From a virus, in IMG/VR virus record IMGVR_UViG_3300021420_000016, positions 64,001 to 128,000 of that record: 64,000 nt of DNA; one strand, 5' to 3'. Shown here piece by piece: positions 57,518 through 64,000 of this stretch. The notes under the pieces are model-generated. The model searched no databases, was not told the origin of the DNA, and worked only from the letters and a program-made list of their open reading frames with translations. A program made the translations under genes and the position numbers. Positions within the stretch are counted from its first letter, which is position 1; every line of letters starts with the position of its first letter.

Positions 57518-58429
57518 GTGTGCAGCCCCTTCCTCCCGCCGCCCGCCACGCGAGGTGATGCCGTCTTGCCTTCGTCCGGCCGCAAGTCCTGGGAACACTC
57601 GTTCGACACCCGGGAAGAGAACGCGCGATGGCGAGCGAACAGCGGCCACCGCAGAACGGCCGGGCCCCGGGAAACCCCGTGCCCTGGCGGGTGCAATGCG
57701 GCCTGGCGGCGGCAGCAGCGGCTCCTGGACGCCTACCAGCGGTCCATGGAGGCCTGGCAGGACGATCCCTCCGGTAGCCCGCCGGCTGAGCCCGAGACGC
57801 GCGCCTTGTCGCCGTATCCGGGGAACCCGTTCTGCAGCAACGACCAGGCGGTCTACCGGCGGCTGCTCGGCGAAGTGGACGACCTGGCCGCCATCGCCAT
57901 CCGGCACAACGACGGGCACCGCAAAGACCCCGACGCCGAGCGCGTGTCCGGTAGCCGCGGCACCCGGTCCCCGTCGGCGACGATCGAGGAACTCGACCAC
58001 GTCGCCTCGGCGTTGCGGGACTGGGAGGCCACGGCGCGGGATCTGATTCGCAAGCAAGCCGGCCGGCTCCCCAGCGACGAAGGCACCCCGCCACGGCGCG
58101 GGTACCTGGCCAGCGAGATCACGACCAGTGTGAGCTGGCTGGTGGCGCACTTCGAGGTGCTGATCACCGACGCCGACGCGGCCGTCCCGTTCGCTGCGGA
58201 GATCAGCGAGTGGCATGAGCGGCTGAAGAAGCGGGAGAAGGCCGGCACGGGCCGCAAGCACATGAAGCGCCCCTGCCCGCGGTGCGACAGGTACAGCTTG
58301 TACCAGGAAGACGACGCTGACTACGTAGCGTGTGCGCGCCCTGACTGTGGGCGGCTTATGGCCTGGGGGGAATGGCTCACCTACGCCGACACCTTCGCCC
58401 AGCCCACGGCGTCCGCCGGTGCGGCCTGA
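57518..58429 (+). CDS. phage Zn-ribbon protein
   Basis: CPGGCN; CPRCD...VAC..DCG. Confidence 0.55.
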   Translation: MCSPFLPPPATRGDAVLPSSGRKSWEHSFDTREENARWRANSGHRRTAGPRETPCPGGCNAAWRRQQRLLDAYQRSMEAWQDDPSGSPPAEPETRALSPYPGNPFCSNDQAVYRRLLGEVDDLAAIAIRHNDGHRKDPDAERVSGSRGTRSPSATIEELDHVASALRDWEATARDLIRKQAGRLPSDEGTPPRRGYLASEITTSVSWLVAHFEVLITDADAAVPFAAEISEWHERLKKREKAGTGRKHMKRPCPRCDRYSLYQEDDADYVACARPDCGRLMAWGEWLTYADTFAQPTASAGAA

Positions 58430-58671
58430 GACGAGTGCGGCGGCCTCCCCTTTTAGCCATCCAGGGGGAGGCCGCCTTGGCGCCGCCGGAAAGGAACCCA
58501 GCGCCCCCATGATGCCCCGCCGCGCCCCGGCGGAAACAGGTGCGCGTCTTGCATGACATCAGGCCGCGGACCCCTGTAAACTCTCGTGCGACCAAGACTG
58601 TTGTGCCCTCTTCCGGGAACGCCCCCTGGCTGGGGGCCTTTTCGCTGTCCGGCGGGGGTGAGCTGCCCCCC

Positions 58672-58929
58672 ATGGAACTCCCGGCCCCCGCCGCCGACGG
58701 CCTCACGTACGTCACCACGGCGACCGCAGCCCGCCTGCTGCGGATCGCGCCGTGCACCGTGACGAGCTGGAAAGTAAAGGGTTACCTGCGGCCGATTCCG
58801 GGCAGTCCCCTCCATAAGCCCGTCTATCTATGGGATGACGTACTGGACGCCGAGCACACCGCCCGCAGCAACGCCCTGCGTACCTCCGGAACCGATGTCC
58901 AGGTCCGCCGCGACCGGGAGGCGTCGTGA
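58672..58929 (+). CDS. MerR/excisionase-like HTH protein
   Basis: VTTATAARLLRIAPCTVTSWKVKGYL. Confidence 0.65.
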   Translation: MELPAPAADGLTYVTTATAARLLRIAPCTVTSWKVKGYLRPIPGSPLHKPVYLWDDVLDAEHTARSNALRTSGTDVQVRRDREAS

Positions 58930-59318
58930 CCAGCACGATCCGGGTGCGCGTCGTGGATCTCGGCGGCCTGCGCGCCTGGCGGGCGTCGGTGCCGCGGTCA
59001 CCTGGCGGCAACCCGTGCACCGAAGACAAGAATCACATCGCCGCCACCGCGGAGACGGTGCTTCGCTGGCAGGAACCCCAGGCTGCCGGTCCCGGCAAGG
59101 GCTTGATCCGTTTCACCTGGGTATGCCCGGGCTGCGGCGGCACAGTCCTCGGCCATCTCGGTGACCAGCCCTCGGGGGGCTGGGATGCGCCGAGATGGGT
59201 GAACGTGGGGAGCTGGGAGAAGCCCACGCTCACCCCGTCTCTGGCCTGCCCATTGTGGCGTTCCCGTCGCTGCCAGGGCCATTGGCATCTCCGCGAGGGA
59301 ATTCTTCACCCGGCATAG
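58926..59318 (+). CDS. Cys/His protein (DUF6527-like)
   Basis: CPGCG...PTLTPSL..C..HWHLREG. Confidence 0.55.
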   Translation: MTSTIRVRVVDLGGLRAWRASVPRSPGGNPCTEDKNHIAATAETVLRWQEPQAAGPGKGLIRFTWVCPGCGGTVLGHLGDQPSGGWDAPRWVNVGSWEKPTLTPSLACPLWRSRRCQGHWHLREGILHPA

Positions 59319-59778
59319 AGACGACCCTCAGGCCCACGGCCGCCCACCCTTCCGCGGTGGAGTCGTGGCCGGCCTCCCACCATCGGCTGACCGCATCGTG
59401 CAGCGCATGGTCGGCGGCCGGCCCGAGGATTCGCAGCTTCGCCAGGAGGGCCCGTTCGCCTATCTCCCACTTGGTACCGTAGCTGGCCTGCCCAGTGGCG
59501 AAGGAGAAGGCGTCCTCAGCCTCGGCCCATGTCAGAGGCAGGTTCACCATCATCCCGGGACTGAGCAGCGTGCCGTTGAGGATATCGGCGATGCAGTTGA
59601 TCTCGCCGAGGGTGAACCGGAGCCGGCGCAGCTCAGTAGTGAGGGCCATACGCCACAGTTCGATCTCGGTACGGGCCTGCACGTGCGGGCTCATGGCATG
59701 CATGCGGTGGGCGCGGTCCGTCAGCCAGTCCAGGGTCCCGTCGTCCAGCCTGAACTGGGTCAGTTCGGTCTTAGCCAT
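59230..59778 (-). CDS. hypothetical regulator-like protein
   Basis: RBS AAGGG; part of a 3-gene minus-strand block. Confidence 0.55.
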   Translation of the reverse strand: MAKTELTQFRLDDGTLDWLTDRAHRMHAMSPHVQARTEIELWRMALTTELRRLRFTLGEINCIADILNGTLLSPGMMVNLPLTWAEAEDAFSFATGQASYGTKWEIGERALLAKLRILGPAADHALHDAVSRWWEAGHDSTAEGWAAVGLRVVSMPGEEFPRGDANGPGSDGNATMGRPETG

Positions 59779-60117
59779 GACCGTGGTGCCGCCCTTCACA
59801 GGTAGGACAGGTCGCTGGGATCCAGTTGGGTGATGCGTTTCTCGATCTCGTCATGAAGATCGCGGATCTCGCCCTCTAGGTCTTCCGCCTCGTCTTGGAG
59901 ATTGGCGGCGTGACGTTCCCAGTCGTAGCTGCTGAGGTTTCCGGTGCGCCGCCGGACCTTATCCCGCAGCCTGCGGATGTCTCGATGATCGCGGTCCAGT
60001 AGCGCCTCTTTGCGGGCCACCTCATGCTGGAGCGCGAGGATCCGCTGCAGTGCGGCTTCCATCGCCGGATCGGGATGTGGCCGCCGCTGGGGCCCTCTGT
60101 GGCGCCGGAACATGAGG

Positions 60118-60828
60118 TCAGTCTCCGTAGGGGCCGCGGCGGCTGCTGCGGCCCATCTGGTAGGCGTTCTGGGTGACGAACCGCACCGGGTAGGGCGGGC
60201 ACAGGTTCCCGTGCTGCGGGTGGGACAGTACACGGCGGCCGGCATCCCAGACGTGACTCTCGGGCAGTTCACCCTTGCCGTCATGCGGCCGGGTGGTTTC
60301 GATCGCGTACACGTCGCCCTGGCGCTCCGCGCGGCGGCCGGCATCCAGCGCCTGAATGACCTCTGCCGGGGTGATCCAGGCGAGCGCGCTTCGGACGGTT
60401 TCGATGGTGCCGGGCACCCGGACGGCCCACGGTTGCCCGTCTTCGGTGCCGCACAGGTAGGACAGGCTGGCGCGCCGGTGGCCGAAGGCCCGCGAGTATG
60501 CCCGCCATCCTTCGGCGTGCAGCAGGACGAGGCCGACGTTCTTGCCCCAGGTGGGCCGGTCGGCGACGGTGAGCGGCACGAATCTGTCGCGGGAGTCGAT
60601 GGTGGTCTCCCCGCCGCGGCGGCTGATTTCTTTTGCGTAGCGGCCGGCGACCCGCGCGTTGGCCCTGGCCCGTACGCCGGGGTGGTACCGGGGCTCGATG
60701 GGCCGCTGCTTGGCGCGCTCGCGGCGCAGCCGGGTGATGGCGGTCTTGGACCGCTGGCCGGGCAGTCCTTGCTCGCGCAGAGCTGCGGCGAGCAGGGCCG
60801 GGTTGCGGGTGGGCAGTGCGGCAGCCAT
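60118..60828 (-). CDS. hypothetical protein (RQGD motif)
   Basis: AVRVP..TVRSALAW; RQGD; H..HP.H. Confidence 0.55.
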   Translation of the reverse strand: MAAALPTRNPALLAAALREQGLPGQRSKTAITRLRRERAKQRPIEPRYHPGVRARANARVAGRYAKEISRRGGETTIDSRDRFVPLTVADRPTWGKNVGLVLLHAEGWRAYSRAFGHRRASLSYLCGTEDGQPWAVRVPGTIETVRSALAWITPAEVIQALDAGRRAERQGDVYAIETTRPHDGKGELPESHVWDAGRRVLSHPQHGNLCPPYPVRFVTQNAYQMGRSSRRGPYGD

Positions 60829-61526
60829 TGGAAGATCTCCCTTCGCCCTTTGTATCTCAACCGTATACGGACAACCTACTCCTGTCAATCAAATCTTTGG
60901 GGGGATGAGCCGTGACCGACGAGACCGAGGCCCTGCGTGCCGAGGTGGCCGAACTCCGTGCTGAGATCGAGCGCCTGCAGGCATGGCAGGCCACGCATGT
61001 ATGCCAGCCGCAAGCGGGTAACTGGCCGTCGCAGTGCACCTGCGGGACGAGCACCCGCTCCCCGGTGCATGCCCCGCCGCCCTGGCAGGGGACCTGGACG
61101 AGTGTCGCCGCAGGCGCTGCGGGCGGGGGGTCCACCCACATGTGGACCGCCAACACCGCCAACACTGCCGCAACGCCGATGGTGACGATCGTCCCGCTGA
61201 CCACGATGGGCGCGGCCCCGCAGCCGCAGATCTTCACCTACTACGACGTCGGCGGCGAATGCGCATGATCGGAATCCTTGCGATCCTGTTCTTCGCCGCC
61301 GCGGTCATCGTGCACGGCGGCGCGGTCACCGTGCACACGCACTGGCTTGACTGGGAAGGGCTCGCCCTCGCCGGTTTGCTGTGCCTGTCCCTGACGGGCT
61401 TCTCCCCGCCCGCAGCGCTCACCCGGTGGCGCAGGCACGACTGACCTGCGCGCCTGCGTAAACGCCGCCCCTCGCCGTCTCGCGCAGGGGCTTTTTCATG
61501 TCCCCCCACGGAAGGAAGGCCGCCAC

Positions 61527-61961
61527 TTGAGCAGTGAGATCACGCCCGGGGAAGTCGTCACCTATTTCTGGCGGTGGTTCTGGGTGGGCGTACTCGCCCT
61601 CGCCGTCATCGCTGCCCTGATCGCAGGCAGCCAGACCGGGTGGTTCTGGCTGGACACCCGCGCGGTGCAGCACCAGTCGCAGGTGATCCGGCTGAATTAC
61701 GCCACCCAGGAAGCGTATGTGCAGCAGATGCAGGGTTACATCGCCCAGATCCTCACCGACCAGGAGCAAGAACTTGGCCTATCCGGCGCCCAGCTCGCGG
61801 ATATGCGTGCTGCGGCTTTGGGCCTGGGCCAGCAGGCGTGCGCGAAAGCCGCCGACGTGTCTATTTCCCTGGGGCCGTCCGGGTCCTGGGTGCGGGCGAA
61901 CTGCAAGTACGGCGCAGTGAACCCGGCGTCACCTCTTCAGAAAGGATCTTCTTCGCCGTGA
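61527..61961 (+). CDS. membrane-anchored protein
   Basis: RBS GGAAGG, N-terminal TM. Confidence 0.6.
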   Translation: MSSEITPGEVVTYFWRWFWVGVLALAVIAALIAGSQTGWFWLDTRAVQHQSQVIRLNYATQEAYVQQMQGYIAQILTDQEQELGLSGAQLADMRAAALGLGQQACAKAADVSISLGPSGSWVRANCKYGAVNPASPLQKGSSSP

Positions 61962-62593
61962 ACATCCGCAAAATCCCCCTTGCGGTTGTGCTCGCCGCCC
62001 TGTGCCTGCTCGCCGTCGCCGCGTGCCGTTCCAGCGGTAACAGCAACGGGCAGGCGCTGGAAAACCAGCAGCAGTACAACAATGAGTCCACGTTCGAGCA
62101 GGTGCAGCCGATCCCGCATTTCGCCTATTCCCAGTATAGGGCCACCCTAACCGAGGTGGAGGCGATTCAGGCGCTCGGCACGCAGACCACGAGCTTCTTC
62201 TTCAACCAGGGCATTCAGAAGCCGATCTTTGCATGCCCGTCGCTGGGTATGCCGGTCGCCTCGACTGCACAACTGAGCAACCCAGCGCAGCCCTTCAACA
62301 TGACCGACGGAAACGGCAACTACAACACGGTGGTCCTTGGAAACATGGACCCGAACGGCACGTATTCGCCGCCGGATTCGACGGGGACGAACGTGGTGTG
62401 CCTGAACGCCACCGGGCAGCCGTACATCGAATACTGGGAAGGCTTTGTGGACGCCGTTTCCGGCGTCGCCCACTGGGATTCCGCGACCAGTTCCGTGGTG
62501 GTGACCGGCGCGCCGGCGCTGCCGAAGTGCAAGCCCGCGACCGCCACTATCGGCGGTAAGCAGCAGCGCGTCACCACCTGCGCGAAAGCCTGA
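61958..62593 (+). CDS. lipoprotein
   Basis: lipobox LAVAAC; NMDPNGTY. Confidence 0.7.
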   Translation: MNIRKIPLAVVLAALCLLAVAACRSSGNSNGQALENQQQYNNESTFEQVQPIPHFAYSQYRATLTEVEAIQALGTQTTSFFFNQGIQKPIFACPSLGMPVASTAQLSNPAQPFNMTDGNGNYNTVVLGNMDPNGTYSPPDSTGTNVVCLNATGQPYIEYWEGFVDAVSGVAHWDSATSSVVVTGAPALPKCKPATATIGGKQQRVTTCAKA

Positions 62594-62612
62594 CAATCCG
62601 GCCCTTTCTGCC

Positions 62613-62638
62613 GCCCCTGCATTCGCGGGGGCTTTTTT
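62613..62638 (+). terminator. intrinsic terminator
   Basis: GCCCCTGC-ATTC-GCGGGGGC-TTTTTT. Confidence 0.75.
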
Positions 62639-62689
62639 GGTTGCCCGCGAACGAAAGGGAGGCGTCCTGTACCTACTTGAGGAGCAGCA

Positions 62690-63223
62690 ATGATCTCCCC
62701 GGATGAAGCCCGTGAGGTGGGCTTGGCCTTGGCGGTGGAGTTGTTTTCGTCGGGCCGCGACGATTATGTCCTCCTCTCTGACCCTTCGCCGGTCATTCAT
62801 GTGGCGGGGGAGTTCGCCAACTGGCTGCTGGCCCGGCCGCAGAACCTGAAATTGCGGCCTGCGCCATTCACTTTCCCCGAGGCCGGTGGCCCGGGGGTTC
62901 CAACCCGAATAGGAGAAAACGGTATGTCCGTAACGATGACCGACGCGCAGCAGGTCGACTACACCTGTGAGCCGGAAGACAGCAAGGGCGTGGAGGTCAG
63001 CGACACGCTCACCTGGTCTTCGGACGACGGCGGCGCGGTGCTGACCGTCACCCCGTCGGCCGATGGCCTGTCGTGCACCTTCGCCGCCGTGGCGCCGGGG
63101 TCGGCGACCATCACCGTCACCGACGGCACGCTGAGTGGGAGCGACCTGATCACGGTAACCCCCGGCGCCGTCGCCTCTCTGGTACTCACTCCCGGCACGC
63201 CGGCGGGCGAGCCCAGCGCCTGA
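62690..63223 (+). CDS. protein with C-terminal Ig-like domain
   Basis: LTWSSDD..VLTV...APGSATITVT. Confidence 0.6.
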   Translation: MISPDEAREVGLALAVELFSSGRDDYVLLSDPSPVIHVAGEFANWLLARPQNLKLRPAPFTFPEAGGPGVPTRIGENGMSVTMTDAQQVDYTCEPEDSKGVEVSDTLTWSSDDGGAVLTVTPSADGLSCTFAAVAPGSATITVTDGTLSGSDLITVTPGAVASLVLTPGTPAGEPSA

Positions 63224-63653
63224 CCGCGTGAGCCGCCCGCAGTCCCAAGGGGGGAATCGGGGCTGCGGGCGGCGAGGGCGGGGCCGGCCTTCCGGAGTCG
63301 ACGGGACGCACGCAGGCCGTCGTGACCGCTCGATCACAGGGTGAGCACCCGTTTACCGATCCGTCAAGTCCCCCGAAAGGAAGTATTCGCGTGAGCAAGA
63401 CCGTCCCCGGTGCCCGCGAAGTGGACCCGGCGAAGGAGGTGCTCCGGTTGGTCTCCGACCGCGACACGCCCGAGCACCATGGTTTCCGCCTGGTCCTCGA
63501 TGAGGTCCACCAGATCCAGCCTGATGGCCAGCCGCCGGTGCAGGCGCACATTGTCGTGACGGCGAGCAAGGGTGTCGCGGCCATCCCGGGCCTGGGGGAG
63601 AAGATCGCCGCGGCGCTTCGTGAGGGCTGGCAGCCCGAGGGGGAGGAGTAGCG

Positions 63654-63956
63654 GTGGGCGGCTACGACCACGGGCCGCTGCGCTCGTACGAGCTGGTGTG
63701 GCGGTCCGGGCACATCGAAACCCTGCAGGGCCACCAGGTGCTGTTCGATTCCCACCGGATCGAGGGCCGCGATTTCCTCGCGTCGGTGTTCGGCGGGGTG
63801 GCCACCGAGACCCGCGGTGCGCCGGATCCCCGGTTCTACGTGCACGGTGAGTTCGACGGGCGCTGGCGGCTGGTCCTGTCGGCGCCCGAGTCCGAGCTGC
63901 ACACGCTGCGCGATGTAACGGACCGGGAGCCCGCCGTCCCGGAGGCGGCCGGGTGA
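63654..63956 (+). CDS. hypothetical phage protein
   Basis: YELVWRSGHIET..HGEFDGRWRLVL; RBS GAGGAG. Confidence 0.55.
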   Translation: MGGYDHGPLRSYELVWRSGHIETLQGHQVLFDSHRIEGRDFLASVFGGVATETRGAPDPRFYVHGEFDGRWRLVLSAPESELHTLRDVTDREPAVPEAAG

Positions 63957-64000
63957 CCGCAGGCCCGGGCGACCTGACCCCGGCCCAGGCGCAGGCGTTC

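Larger units (their letters stand above)
1..64000. mobile_element. Part of a large actinobacterial prophage / phage-plasmid / integrative element
   Basis: Tightly overlapping small ORFs, phage-type replication/recombination genes, tRNA array, HNHs, cI/cro-like pair, tyrosine recombinase; element ends not visible. Confidence 0.85.

Noticed and set aside
1-64000. attL/attR, capsid, terminase, tail, rtcB, cas3/Cascade/cas6 genes
   Set aside because: None recognised by eye; they may lie outside the window or be too divergent.

Overview
High-GC (~70%) actinobacterial mobile element: a prophage, phage-plasmid or integrative element. No host housekeeping synteny and no virion structural genes were recognised. 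Left to right: (1) small phage-type ORFs. (2) A transposase-free TnpB/Cas12-like gene whose RuvC-III Asp is replaced by Arg, followed by an omega-RNA-like 3' region, a candidate anti-repeat, a type I-E leader, an 8-repeat type I-E-like CRISPR array and a deleted cas1/cas2 remnant that ends in a 28-bp dif-like site next to a tyrosine recombinase. (3) A ~10.5-kb minus-strand unit: promoter, 40-codon leader peptide with terminator/antiterminator, 39 tRNA genes covering all 20 amino acids (8 with C at the normally invariant U33, one Ile-UAU), an additional tRNA-Gln split by an HNH insertion, three Y RNAs and a Ro60/TROVE gene. (4) ParB-like, SLOG, Lsr2, MazG-like, SSB, DNA-modification, DnaB, RusA-like, HD, exonuclease and gp3/RDF-like genes. 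(5) A cI/cro-like switch. (6) An FtsK/membrane-protein module. (7) XRE regulators and accessory genes. The two best candidates for undescribed systems are the nuclease-dead TnpB-CRISPR(I-E) locus and the attenuator-controlled tRNA/Y RNA/Ro operon. All calls come from reading motifs by eye; no database searches were run.
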